From Rickettsiella sp. (GTDB lineage Bacteria; Pseudomonadota; Gammaproteobacteria; Diplorickettsiales; Diplorickettsiaceae): DNA of 64,000 nucleotides. Below are positions 1-9,858 of the stretch, piece by piece. The notes beneath the pieces were generated by a model. That model made no database searches and was not told the DNA's origin. It saw only the letters and a program-made list of their open reading frames with translations. The translations under genes were made by a program, and so were the position numbers. Positions within the stretch are counted from its first letter, which is position 1; the number at the start of each line of letters is the position of its first letter. The DNA is taken from NCBI GenBank assembly GCA_037439325.1, contig JBBIWD010000003.1:106270-170269 (forward strand), read 5' to 3'.

Positions 1-196
1 GAATGATCGCTAGATGTAATAAGGAAAGTCCTTGCGGGTCAAAATCTAATAGAGGAAGCTTTTCAGGATCAATCTGTATGTTCAGATCGAGACCTTCAGC
101 TAGAAGCGCTGTTATTCTCGCTGCATCCGCTATTGTTTCTGTTTGTGCTGAAACGATTATGTTGATTGCTTCAAGCAATTGCAGATTTTTTTTCAT
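1..196 (-). CDS. Ankyrin-repeat-like protein, 5' part (runs off the left edge)
   Basis: Manual translation from ATG at 196: MKKNLQLLEAINIIVSAQTETIADAARITALLAEGLDLNIQIDPEKLPLLDFDPQGLSLLHLAII, open to base 1. GLDLN...GLSLLHLA resembles an ankyrin repeat. Not in the ORF track. Confidence 0.6.
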   Translation of the reverse strand, partial: MKKNLQLLEAINIIVSAQTETIADAARITALLAEGLDLNIQIDPEKLPLLDFDPQGLSLLHLAII

Positions 197-517
197 TTTC
201 TAATATCCTTATTATTTACTTATCCAATTTCACTATTTTATTTTTAATGCAGCAGATAATAATAAACTTATTCTTATCTTTTAATCAACTAGTTAGTGTA
301 AAGCTCCCATTTATCCCTAGTTTCAAATAGAGTTTTTATTATCATTTGGAATAGTTTTTTAAATTCACACCGTGGATGTTTAGTCGATAATTGTCTAATG
401 TAAAAATTTATGCGGGACTTTTGCGAAAGAGAACTATACTCTTATGTGCATTTATGTGATAATTATAATGAGTATTTATATTAAAGTTGTTTTATCAATA
501 ACTTAATATAAGTGAGT

Positions 518-561
518 AACTTAAAATCTTTGTGTCGGTGGCTCGATTCCACCTTCAACCA
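518..561 (+). other. Degenerate tRNA-Phe-like 3' fragment (possible att remnant)
   Basis: AACTTAAAATCTTTGTGTCGGTGGCTCGATTCCACCTTCAACCA. T-arm GGTGG/CCACC with a CTCGATT loop, 3' ACCA, no 5' half. Confidence 0.6.
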
Positions 562-642
562 CTCGATCTAATCCAACACTTACACCACTTACTTCTCTCA
601 AATTTTTTTATGTGACATGAAAGCTTCATTAATTTAAGGGGT

Positions 643-2298
643 ATGCATTCAATGCGCGAAATAATAAAAACTGTTCGTATCGATCCAAAAAAAATAAACA
701 ACAATCGAAATACTATAGCGCTTGAAAATATTTTTCGAGAGGATACAGAAAAAGATAATATAGTTTTAAAAAACTTAGCGACTGAGATACTCGCTGAGAT
801 AGATAATTTAAAAGAAATGTCTAATACGAGTATAAGAAAAAGACTCGTATTTTTCTCACTTTATACAGTGACCTATAGCTTTGCTACGATTAATCTTTTA
901 GGTGTGGCTCGCTCTGCAGATTTTAATGACTCTATCGATGTGTTTAAAAAATTTTCATTAATTATCCTGGCCTCATTAGCACCCGGATTCATGTATCTTG
1001 GCGGTATGCAAGAACTAATGGAGGCGACTGAAAATTATTTTAAAGGGCTAGAAAAGCACTTACCTTCCTATTTGAATAAAATAAGAGATTCTCTTGTTAA
1101 AGCTCATGGAAGAGACTACTTTAAGATGCTCGTTATAGGGCTGTTCGCAGTATTCTCAACTACCCTGGATGCGACTAATGCTAAAACTGGGGTTGAAGCC
1201 ATCGCAGGTAAAACAATGGGTTTTATCGCCGGCGTTGGTAATGGAATAGCAGAAAGTATATTACCTCTCTTCACATTGGAAGCGTTGTTTCGTTCCATTG
1301 GGAATAATTTTAAAATCTTATACTTAGGTTCGCGCTGTGAGGAGGAAGAACTTGATAATGCCGTCACTACAATTGAAGGCTTTATAAACCGAACAGAAAC
1401 TGAAAATCTTTCTAGCTCCCAAAATCCGATATCAGCCGTACTAAAAAGTATGGATTCGGCAGCGCAATTGACTACAACAAAACTGATGGAAAAAATTCGA
1501 GATAACAGCCAATTTGCCCTGCATTTATCTCATAAAATAAAAGGAGAAAATCCTAACTTATCCAATCTTCGACTACGAACCCTTGCGGTCGGGAGTATTA
1601 TAGCTAATTTTCTCCTGTCCTATTGCTCTGCCTGGATATTTAGCCGGGGTTTTTCATCGAGCCAGATTGTCTCTCATTATGAGACAGAACTTAGTCGATA
1701 TAATCTTACTTTAGACAGTATTTCATATTTATCACAAAACGGAACCGCTATCGCTATTGAACCCTTTAACCCCTATATCAATGCTTTAAATCAGTTATCT
1801 TATGCTCTTCAGGGAATCGCTTTTCTGCCACTGATAAATCAAACGCTTCTGGAAGTAAAGAAACTATTTAAATTTACTTTTAGTTCATGCAATAGAACAG
1901 GTAATACAACGCATATAAAAAAAGCACTCTTTGCTTCGGGCATCGCGGGAATAGGCACAGCTTGTTATGTCATGTTAGGATTAGAAGCTAAAAAGGATTA
2001 TCAAATAGTTCAGCAATTAAGAGAAATTGAAGAATTCGAAGTCCCACAAATTTCTTTTTTTCCTGACTTTAACTCTCTTCCTTATTTTTCGTTATCTATT
2101 TTAGTCGGTATCATTTATGGCGGTGCTTCTAACGCGGCTAAAAAGATCTACGATGTGATATTCCCCAAAACCACCTCAACCGACGAAAAGAAAGAACGAA
2201 AATACTGTTCTTGCCAGTTTTTTTCTTCGGGTAAGAAAGAAAATAATGAGCAAAAAGAAAATTTAAGTCCGCAAGATGTTTGTCATAGTTTGCAATAG
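643..2298 (+). CDS. Hypothetical multi-pass membrane protein, effector-like
   Basis: 551 aa ORF with AAGGGG RBS and several hydrophobic segments; no recognisable family. Confidence 0.75.
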   Translation: MHSMREIIKTVRIDPKKINNNRNTIALENIFREDTEKDNIVLKNLATEILAEIDNLKEMSNTSIRKRLVFFSLYTVTYSFATINLLGVARSADFNDSIDVFKKFSLIILASLAPGFMYLGGMQELMEATENYFKGLEKHLPSYLNKIRDSLVKAHGRDYFKMLVIGLFAVFSTTLDATNAKTGVEAIAGKTMGFIAGVGNGIAESILPLFTLEALFRSIGNNFKILYLGSRCEEEELDNAVTTIEGFINRTETENLSSSQNPISAVLKSMDSAAQLTTTKLMEKIRDNSQFALHLSHKIKGENPNLSNLRLRTLAVGSIIANFLLSYCSAWIFSRGFSSSQIVSHYETELSRYNLTLDSISYLSQNGTAIAIEPFNPYINALNQLSYALQGIAFLPLINQTLLEVKKLFKFTFSSCNRTGNTTHIKKALFASGIAGIGTACYVMLGLEAKKDYQIVQQLREIEEFEVPQISFFPDFNSLPYFSLSILVGIIYGGASNAAKKIYDVIFPKTTSTDEKKERKYCSCQFFSSGKKENNEQKENLSPQDVCHSLQ

Positions 2299-2489
2299 CG
2301 GCTATTATGTATAAAAAATTTCTGATATAAAAAATAGTGGTTATTTTAAGCGTTGCTAATTTCTCTCTTAATGAACTTAAAGCTTATTTATAGATAATTT
2401 CAGCCCCTTAGGCCTTCCTAACTCTACTTTTCTCTAATTAAGTGGCGTAACATTACCAGTAAGACCTCTAAGGGGGAACGGTATACTTT

Positions 2490-4667
2490 ATGTCTGTACA
2501 ACTTAATTTAAAAGGCACTCCAAGTTATTTGGATTCCCCACAATATACCTGCCCCATGCATCCCGAAATTATTCGTAATCAACCCGGTGACTGTCCGATT
2601 TGTGGTATGTCCCTGGAGCTTCGAGCCCTTTCAAACAAAAAGCTCGACTATGTTTGTCGTCACGAATTAAACGACTTGTCGCGACGATTTTGGCTTAGTG
2701 TTTTATTAATCCTGCCAATTTTATTCCTGACGATGGGTTCACATATCCCAGGCATCAAATCAATTCTAGGCTTCATTCCAGCGACTTTTTCTTCTTGGCT
2801 ACAATTTATTTTATCGACTATCGTTATATTCTGGTGCGGCTACCCCCTTCTAAAGAAAGCTTGGACTTCTCTCACGCAGAGACATTTAAATATGTTTACG
2901 CTCATTGGTTTGGGTGTCAGTATGGCCTATGGATATAGTGTCATTGCTCTATTATTTCCCAGTCTCTTCCCAGTCGCTTTTCAGTCGACTCATGGCCAAG
3001 CTAATCTCTATTTTGAAACAGCGAGTGTTATCACCGCTTTAGTATTAATGGGGCAAATTTTAGAGCTAAAAGGTCGCGAGCAAACCGGAAGTGCTTTACG
3101 CGCATTACTCGGTTTATCCCCAAAGACAGCGCGTAGAATAAAAAATAATACCGAAACTGAAATTCCATTAGACGAAATACAAATTAATGATGAACTAAGA
3201 GTCCGGCCGGGTGAAAAAATTCCTACGGATGGCAAGATTATTCAAGGTCACAGTTCTGTTAATGAATCGATGATTACTGGCGAATCGATTCCTGTTGAAA
3301 AACAAGCGGGGTCAACAGTCACCGGTGGTACTTTAAATGGCTCAGGAAGCTTCGTGATGCGCGCAGAACACGTCGGAAAAGCAACACTGTTGGCTCAAAT
3401 TGTCCAATCGGTTTCTGAAGCGCAGCGATCCAAAGCACCTATTCAAAGACTTGCCGATCGTATTGCAAGTTATTTTGTGCCGAGTGTTTTAGTAATTGCC
3501 ATCCTTACTTTCTTTATTTGGGTGGTATTGGATCCACATTCTGGCATAACTTACGGTTTAATTGCGGCAATTTCGGTGTTAATTATTGCTTGTCCTTGCG
3601 CCTTAGGCTTAGCAACTCCAATGTCAATTACCGTCGGCATGGGCAAAGGTGCACAAGGAGGAATTTTGATAAAAAATGCTGAAAGTCTCGAACTTTTTGA
3701 AAAAGTAAACGCACTCGTGCTCGATAAAACCGGCACGCTAACCATAGGAAAACCCATGGTTAGTCACATTATTGCAGCACCAGGTTTTAATGAAAATGAT
3801 ATTTTAGTGTTAGCTGCCAGTTTAGAAAATCACAGCGAGCATCCCTTAGCCAGTGCCATCATCAATGCAGCAAAAAAAAATCAGCTTAATTTAGAAAAGA
3901 TTGAAAATTTTTCTGCTGCAGTGGGTAAAGGTGTAACCGGTATTTGGCAGAATAAAGCTATCACTTTAGGTAATCAAAAGCTATGTAACGATCTTAAAAT
4001 TTCCACCTTTATTTTAGAAGAAAAAGCGATAAAATTACGTCAAACAGGTGAAACAGTAATGTATTTAATCGTTGAAAAGCAATTAGCCGGATTAATCAGC
4101 GTCAATGATCCGATTAAAGATTCAACTTTACCGGCACTAAATAAGTTACGAAAGCAAGGTTTAATGCTGATTATGGTAACGGGTGATAATCGAATAACAG
4201 CAAGGGCAGTTGCTAGAAAATTAGCTATCAATCAAGTAGAAGCGGAAATATTACCTTCGAAAAAAAATGTAATAGTGAAACAATTACAAAAACAAGGCTA
4301 TATCGTTGCTATGGCAGGAGATGGGATCAATGACGCACCTGCTTTAGCCCAAGCAGACATCGGTATTGCCATGGGAACTGGCACTGATGTAGCCATACAA
4401 AATGCTAATGTTACTTTAGTTAAAGGCGATTTAATGGGAATAGTACGCGCCCAACAACTCAGCAAACATGTTATGCGAAATATTCGCGAAAATTTATTTC
4501 TAGCTTTTGTTTATAATGCTCTTTGTATCCCTATTGCCGCAGGTGTTTTATATGCGTGGAATGGCCGCTTACTTGATCCCATGCTGGCAGCCCTTGCCAT
4601 GAGCTTAAGTTCAGTTTCGGTCATCGCAAATTCTTTACGATTACGCCTGCTAAAAATGGCTCGGTAA
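2490..4667 (+). CDS. copA: Copper-translocating P1B-type ATPase
   Basis: N-terminal YTCPMHPE...CPICGM metal-binding motif, [28 protein letters not shown] and MSLSS motifs. Confidence 0.93.
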   Translation: MSVQLNLKGTPSYLDSPQYTCPMHPEIIRNQPGDCPICGMSLELRALSNKKLDYVCRHELNDLSRRFWLSVLLILPILFLTMGSHIPGIKSILGFIPATFSSWLQFILSTIVIFWCGYPLLKKAWTSLTQRHLNMFTLIGLGVSMAYGYSVIALLFPSLFPVAFQSTHGQANLYFETASVITALVLMGQILELKGREQTGSALRALLGLSPKTARRIKNNTETEIPLDEIQINDELRVRPGEKIPTDGKIIQGHSSVNESMITGESIPVEKQAGSTVTGGTLNGSGSFVMRAEHVGKATLLAQIVQSVSEAQRSKAPIQRLADRIASYFVPSVLVIAILTFFIWVVLDPHSGITYGLIAAISVLIIACPCALGLATPMSITVGMGKGAQGGILIKNAESLELFEKVNALVLDKTGTLTIGKPMVSHIIAAPGFNENDILVLAASLENHSEHPLASAIINAAKKNQLNLEKIENFSAAVGKGVTGIWQNKAITLGNQKLCNDLKISTFILEEKAIKLRQTGETVMYLIVEKQLAGLISVNDPIKDSTLPALNKLRKQGLMLIMVTGDNRITARAVARKLAINQVEAEILPSKKNVIVKQLQKQGYIVAMAGDGINDAPALAQADIGIAMGTGTDVAIQNANVTLVKGDLMGIVRAQQLSKHVMRNIRENLFLAFVYNALCIPIAAGVLYAWNGRLLDPMLAALAMSLSSVSVIANSLRLRLLKMAR

Positions 4668-4768
4668 AAATTAATTTTTTATAGATTTATTATGAGAAAC
4701 TTGAAATAATACCTGCCGTTTTACGCTTTCTTAAAGTGAGAAATGCAATTTATACAAGGAAGGACCAT

Positions 4769-4805
4769 GTGGCAACATAGTCAAAAATTCAAGTGCGAAG
4801 AGTAG
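4769..4805 (+). repeat. Degenerate right end of palindromic element family A
   Basis: GTGGCAACATAGTCAAAAATTCAAGTGCGAAGAGTAG matches the 3' ends of the copies at 7134 and 12335. Confidence 0.6.
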
Positions 4806-5936
4806 TTAAAATTTTTTACTGACTTCTGAAAAGATATGTATATCCAATTTTTTTAATTCTGTTAAATAACTTTCGAGTGAAATTAAATTCATACCAGTGA
4901 TCGCCCCCGTTTCAGTGATTTCCTCTTCTAATATTCTTTTTGCTAAGAGAATAGCGGGAATACTGGGAATATAAGGGCCATCACTACTTTTGGCTATCAT
5001 AAACCATTTAATGCTCTTGTGATTTCCCTTATGATCGATACCGGACATCAGCACGTGCATACCACCTGCATCACTGCCAAACGAATCAAAATAATGGCTG
5101 AATTTTAGCAAGGCTTCTGCATGGTTTTCTAATTTAATCGGAAACTTTAGTCGGATTAACCAAGATAAAAACCATAAACCAAGGTGCGCTATACTACTTT
5201 CTATTCCCGCAGAAAACCGGATCGATTTTATAGGAAAAAACCCTGGTAATAAATCTAAATCTGGAACATCACAATTTGCCATCCAACGTTTTCCTAACAG
5301 AGGATATTTTTGTCGATATAAATTTTGCCATCCATACATTTTTTTGGATATACCGTGGAACCCTTTTAAGCGACGTCCTACATAACTTAGGATACCCTTC
5401 AACGTAGCTAATCCTCTTTCGGTTTTTTGGCCAAGCGAAATTCCATATACTAAGGAATCTATCGTCTTAAACTCATCTTTATAATAATTTAAAACTGCCG
5501 ATGACAAACAAGGTAAGGTGCTAGCACCGGTAATAGCAATACAATTTCTCTTGTTCGCTTGTTCATTTAAAATCGAAAAATCATTCACATATTCTCGTGC
5601 ATCTGCTAGATCAATATAGTTTATACCTAAAAGTATACAATTAATTGCTATGGTAAAATCAGCGGTTTGAAAGGGCCCAGAAGCATTGATAACCAGTGGC
5701 GGCCTGAGTCGTAATAACTCTTGAGATAGTCTCTTTTTAAAATCGAAACAAAGTATATCAATGCATGTATCGACGACAACTTTAGAAAGTTGTTTTTTTA
5801 AAGCTAATAAGGGTTCTTCTTGGCGACCACTAATAATAATGGCAATATTTTTTGCCACTAATCCTCTTGCTATTTTCCTACCAAAATTTCCAGTAGCACC
5901 TAAGATTAAAACTTTATTATCTTCATCAGGTTTCAT
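4806..5936 (-). CDS. Saccharopine dehydrogenase-like NAD(P)-binding oxidoreductase
   Basis: Rossmann LGATGNFG, VINASGPF, YIDLAD and GASTLPCLS motifs. Confidence 0.85.
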   Translation of the reverse strand: MKPDEDNKVLILGATGNFGRKIARGLVAKNIAIIISGRQEEPLLALKKQLSKVVVDTCIDILCFDFKKRLSQELLRLRPPLVINASGPFQTADFTIAINCILLGINYIDLADAREYVNDFSILNEQANKRNCIAITGASTLPCLSSAVLNYYKDEFKTIDSLVYGISLGQKTERGLATLKGILSYVGRRLKGFHGISKKMYGWQNLYRQKYPLLGKRWMANCDVPDLDLLPGFFPIKSIRFSAGIESSIAHLGLWFLSWLIRLKFPIKLENHAEALLKFSHYFDSFGSDAGGMHVLMSGIDHKGNHKSIKWFMIAKSSDGPYIPSIPAILLAKRILEEEITETGAITGMNLISLESYLTELKKLDIHIFSEVSKKF

Positions 5937-6129
5937 AAATTATTATCCCTCTTATCAGTAAGTTCAATCAGTTATCTTTTTTGTTAACATTAATAAATCT
6001 TCAGCAAATTTTTTTAGACATATAATATAAATTGCATAAAATTATAAAATTGTAACATTATTTTTTTATAATTTTTTGCGCTAATCGATAGAATAAATTT
6101 AGACATTACCTAAATTTTTATTCTCTAAT

Positions 6130-6333
6130 TCATAAAATTCCCATAAAAAAAAGGGCAAAGTAGCCTAAGCTAATAGTTAATGAAAAACAAATAGATTTAA
6201 ACCAATGCTGCTGTAATAGACTAGAAATGGAATTCAGTATGGAATGAATCAATGCAATCAAAACTTTTGAAAACTCACTTGCTGATTCAAGATTATCTAC
6301 ATTGCTTTTCTGATAAAGCTTTGAAGTATTCAT
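6130..6333 (-). CDS. Small hypothetical membrane protein or gene remnant
   Basis: 67 aa ORF with a hydrophobic C-terminus, followed by about 170 bp of AT-rich DNA with multiple stops. Confidence 0.35.
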   Translation of the reverse strand: MNTSKLYQKSNVDNLESASEFSKVLIALIHSILNSISSLLQQHWFKSICFSLTISLGYFALFFMGIL

Positions 6334-6468
6334 TATTATTTTAGTAATTATTAAGAAACATTAAATATATATTTTCAATTAATTTAAATAAATTATAACA
6401 TAATTATCATTTTTGATAATACTGCATGTAAAAAGTTTTATTCTTTCAGACTCAATCAGAAGAGTATT

Positions 6469-7113
6469 TTATTTCAAATTAAGACTGGCTAGTAATTTCT
6501 TACCTGTACCTATTAAGGTATGGCGCATGAGAAACAGCTGCCAACGCGAACCACCTAATTGACGCCATAATACGGCCGAGCGAACCCCTGCTAATAAAGC
6601 GGCACGTATTTTGCTGACTGTTTCAGCATGCGCTAAATATTTACCTTGTCCAATGACATGCAAACGAAAAGGTAATGCACCTAACGTGGAGACATAAATA
6701 TCCGCTAAACTATTGATAATAAGCTGAGGTGAAGATGCAAAATAGTTAGCTTGAGAAATAGCATGTTTAATGCGACGGCTTAAATTTATTTTGGTTTCTG
6801 GAGAACGGACAAGTTTTCTTTCGAGATGCATTAAACCAATTAAATACCGTACTAACTCTCGATCCCGTTTAATTTTAATAGGGCCGAGCAAATTAACTAA
6901 CTCTTGCAAACCTAAACGTAAACCACCAACCGTACCGCCATAAACTTGCTCCACAGTGTTAACATCAATAGTATAAATACTTTGGATACTAGTATCAAAG
7001 GCAAGCTTTTCAGTTTCTCCAGTCCTAGCAAGATCGCGAACTAAAGCGGCAGATTGAAAAACACCGGCCAAAGCCAAACTACGTTCAACATTTTTTTTTT
7101 CGTTTTTTTGCAT
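6469..7113 (-). CDS. hflD: High-frequency lysogenization protein HflD
   Basis: LALAGVFQSA...YLIGLMHLERKL and C-terminal IRAALLAGVRSAVLWRQLGGSRWQL. Confidence 0.92.
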   Translation of the reverse strand: MQKNEKKNVERSLALAGVFQSAALVRDLARTGETEKLAFDTSIQSIYTIDVNTVEQVYGGTVGGLRLGLQELVNLLGPIKIKRDRELVRYLIGLMHLERKLVRSPETKINLSRRIKHAISQANYFASSPQLIINSLADIYVSTLGALPFRLHVIGQGKYLAHAETVSKIRAALLAGVRSAVLWRQLGGSRWQLFLMRHTLIGTGKKLLASLNLK

Positions 7114-7133
7114 AACACATTAAAATAAATGGG

Positions 7134-7256
7134 AATACTTGCTCATGGCAATTGAGCTTTTGGCATGCCATAAAAATAAGCAACCTTCGTTTATATAACC
7201 TACATGAGGATTGCATTGAGCGGCAACGCAGACAAAAGTTCAAATGCGAAGAGCGC
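7134..7256. mobile_element. Palindromic RPE/MITE-like element, family A, full length
   Basis: Imperfect terminal inverted repeats (CTCATGGCAATTGAGCTTTTG / CAAAAGTTCAAATGCGAAGAG). Core TACATGAGGATTGC is shared with the feoB copy. Confidence 0.75.
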
Positions 7257-7257
7257 C

Positions 7258-8340
7258 TTAGCGTAATTTCAAAGTCGCTAAACCAAATAACACCAATATA
7301 AAAGTAATAATCCAAAACCTTACAATAATTCTTGGTTCTGGCCAACCTTTTAATTCAAAATGATGATGAATAGGTGCCATACGAAAAATTCGTTTCCCGG
7401 TTAACTTAAAAGAAGTAACTTGCAGGATCACCGAAATAGTTTCTAAAACGAAAACGCCTCCCATGATGAGCAAAACAAACTCCTGTCTTACGACAACAGC
7501 AATACAACCTAATGCCGCACCCAAACCCAAAGCGCCAACATCACCCATAAATACTTGTGCAGGATAGGTATTAAACCATAAAAAACCTAGACCCGCCCCA
7601 ACGATGGCACCACAAATTACTACCATTTCACCAGCACCAGGAACAAAAGGGATCGCTAAATATTTGGCATAAGTAATATTACCAGTGAGATAGGCAAAAA
7701 TACCTAAACCACTTCCCACTAATACGGTTGGCATAATGGCTAAACCATCTAAACCATCGGTTAAATTCACAGCATTACTGCTACCGACAATCACAAAATA
7801 AACCCAGGGAATATAAAATACACCTAAGGGAAGCAAGAGATTCTTAAAAAAAGGTACCACTAATTGGGTTTCTACCGGCAACTCTGCATTCATATAAAGC
7901 AGTACACCCATAGTCAAACCTAATACCGATTGCCATAAATACTTCCAACGGGGAATAAGTCCCCGGCTATTTTTTAGCATCAGTTTTAGGTAATCATCAG
8001 CAAATCCTATCAGGCCAAATCCCACGATGCCTAAGAGCACTATCCAGATCAGATGATTATTAAGATTAGCCCAAAGTAAAGTCGTCATCACGATAGCAAT
8101 TAAAATCAAAGCACCACCCATCGTCGGCGTACCCGCTTTGCTTAAATGTGCTTGTGGTCCATCAGACCGTATTGATTGACCGATTTGTCGATGACTTAAC
8201 GTACGTATCATCTTAGGTGCTAATAAAAGGGAGATAAGAAATGCAGTTAAAGAAGCTAAAATGGCTCTTAAAGTTAAATATTGAAAGACATGAAAGGCAC
8301 GATAGTAATTTGATAAAAATGCAGTTAACCATAACAACAT
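7258..8340 (-). CDS. mraY: Phospho-N-acetylmuramoyl-pentapeptide transferase
   Basis: [33 protein letters not shown] and [10 protein letters not shown] motifs. Confidence 0.97.
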   Translation of the reverse strand: MLLWLTAFLSNYYRAFHVFQYLTLRAILASLTAFLISLLLAPKMIRTLSHRQIGQSIRSDGPQAHLSKAGTPTMGGALILIAIVMTTLLWANLNNHLIWIVLLGIVGFGLIGFADDYLKLMLKNSRGLIPRWKYLWQSVLGLTMGVLLYMNAELPVETQLVVPFFKNLLLPLGVFYIPWVYFVIVGSSNAVNLTDGLDGLAIMPTVLVGSGLGIFAYLTGNITYAKYLAIPFVPGAGEMVVICGAIVGAGLGFLWFNTYPAQVFMGDVGALGLGAALGCIAVVVRQEFVLLIMGGVFVLETISVILQVTSFKLTGKRIFRMAPIHHHFELKGWPEPRIIVRFWIITFILVLFGLATLKLR

Positions 8341-8372
8341 GTGCTTTGTTTTCTCCGATTAAAAATTAAAGA

Positions 8373-8400
8373 TATACTCTTCGCATTTTTGGCGAGTATA
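8373..8400. repeat. Collapsed family A element (both termini only)
   Basis: TATACTCTTCGCATTTTTGGCGAGTATA. Confidence 0.7.
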
Positions 8401-8410
8401 ATTTTGGGTA

Positions 8411-9772
8411 TTATGATTCACACATATCCATTAAAGTAACAGCTACTTTTTCCATTTGGGCACTGCGTGAACCTTTAATTAAAATAGTCACATTCTTTTG
8501 TAAGTGCGGTTTCAGAGCTAAAATTAATTCTTTATGATTAGAATAATGCTTTGCACTTGCACCAAACGCTTTGGCTGTTTCTCTACTTAAATCACCACAA
8601 GTATAGACATCATCGATGTTTAATTCTTTCGCTAATTGTCCGATTTGACGGTGATAATCTACGGCATTTTGACCCAACTCTCCCATATCTCCCATAACAA
8701 AAATTCGCTGCCCAGAATAATGCGCCAATAACTTTAAGGCCACTGCGACTGAGCTTGGATTGGCATTATAACTATCATCAATTAATGTCGCACCTATTTT
8801 TGTTTTGCTCACTATGACTCTTCCCTGCACCGGCTGCATTTTTTCTAAACCGGATTTGATATGAGCTAATTGAATACCTACTTGACTGGCCGCGGCCGCG
8901 GCAGCTAATGCATTCATCACATGATGCTGTCCAGGTAAATTTAAACGAATCATCGTTTCTTTTGCACAGGGGGCATGTAATAGAAATGTAGCTTTTCCGT
9001 CTGTATCTATCTGAATATTAGTCGCAGAAAAATCACATGCGTCAGCTAAACCAAAGCTTACATTGCGAAAACTGGCACAGGCTTTTTGTAAAATGTCAGT
9101 AAACTTATCATCGGCATTAATAATAGCGACACCCTTTTTAGCCAAACCAGAAAAAATCTCGGCCTTAGCCTGGGCAACATCAGTCATGGATCCAAACCCC
9201 TGCAAATGTGCGGGTCCAATATTGGTAACCAAAGCAACACTCGGTTGTGTAATATGGGTTAAATAAGTTATTTCTCCGGCATGATTAGCACCCATTTCAA
9301 TCACAGCATAACGGTGCTGGGCATTTAAATTTAGCAATGTTAAGGGTAAACCTATATCATTATTGAAATTTTTAAAATTAGTTAGCACGGGACCCACTTC
9401 GGCCAAGATAGATCGGATCATTTCTTTGGTCGTCGTTTTACCACAGCTACCTGTTAAGGCGATAATAGGAATAGAGAATTGACGACGATGTTGTTTAGCT
9501 AATTCTCCTAAGGTTTTTTTTGTGTCCTGCATTAATAATAAAGGCAAGTCAGTATCGATAGCATGGTCAACGATAGCTGCTGCAGCCCCGCTGTGTTTAG
9601 CAAGTTCAATAAAGTGATGTCCATCAAATTTTTCACCGCGAATAGCAATAAAAAGTTCACGTGGTTTTATGTTACGCGAATCAAGACTCAGTCCGGAATA
9701 ATCCACATCCGGACCTAATAACTTCCCCTGGAGTCTGCTAGCCAGTGTCGATAATTTCACTAAATTAACCAT
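8411..9772 (-). CDS. murF: UDP-MurNAc-tripeptide--D-Ala-D-Ala ligase
   Basis: ALTGSCGKTTTKE, NFNNDIGLP, EMGANH, DDSYNANP and KGSRS motifs. Confidence 0.96.
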   Translation of the reverse strand: MVNLVKLSTLASRLQGKLLGPDVDYSGLSLDSRNIKPRELFIAIRGEKFDGHHFIELAKHSGAAAAIVDHAIDTDLPLLLMQDTKKTLGELAKQHRRQFSIPIIALTGSCGKTTTKEMIRSILAEVGPVLTNFKNFNNDIGLPLTLLNLNAQHRYAVIEMGANHAGEITYLTHITQPSVALVTNIGPAHLQGFGSMTDVAQAKAEIFSGLAKKGVAIINADDKFTDILQKACASFRNVSFGLADACDFSATNIQIDTDGKATFLLHAPCAKETMIRLNLPGQHHVMNALAAAAAASQVGIQLAHIKSGLEKMQPVQGRVIVSKTKIGATLIDDSYNANPSSVAVALKLLAHYSGQRIFVMGDMGELGQNAVDYHRQIGQLAKELNIDDVYTCGDLSRETAKAFGASAKHYSNHKELILALKPHLQKNVTILIKGSRSAQMEKVAVTLMDMCES

Positions 9773-9858
9773 GAAAAAGATAATATTTTAATCTATAGTG
9801 ATAGATATTGCACTGACAAATAAGTTTACCTTTAGACGGTAATATTTTATTTGGAATG

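Noticed and set aside
3-203. Plus-strand 66 aa ORF in the track
   Set aside because: Antisense shadow of the minus-strand ankyrin-like frame; no RBS or motif.
518-561. Functional tRNA gene
   Set aside because: No D-arm or 5' acceptor strand, mutated T-loop, and the acceptor 3' strand is too short.
2367-2380. CTTAA-TGAA-CTTAA as a PmrA box before copA
   Set aside because: The spacer is 4 nt rather than 6, and there is no -10 at the 11-nt spacing.
7091-7100. A10 tract at the start of hflD as a phase-variation site
   Set aside because: The gene is in frame and there is no evidence of variation; poly-A runs are common in this AT-rich sequence.
7085-7345. 86 aa minus-strand ORF
   Set aside because: It overlaps mraY and hflD out of frame and reads through the palindromic element.
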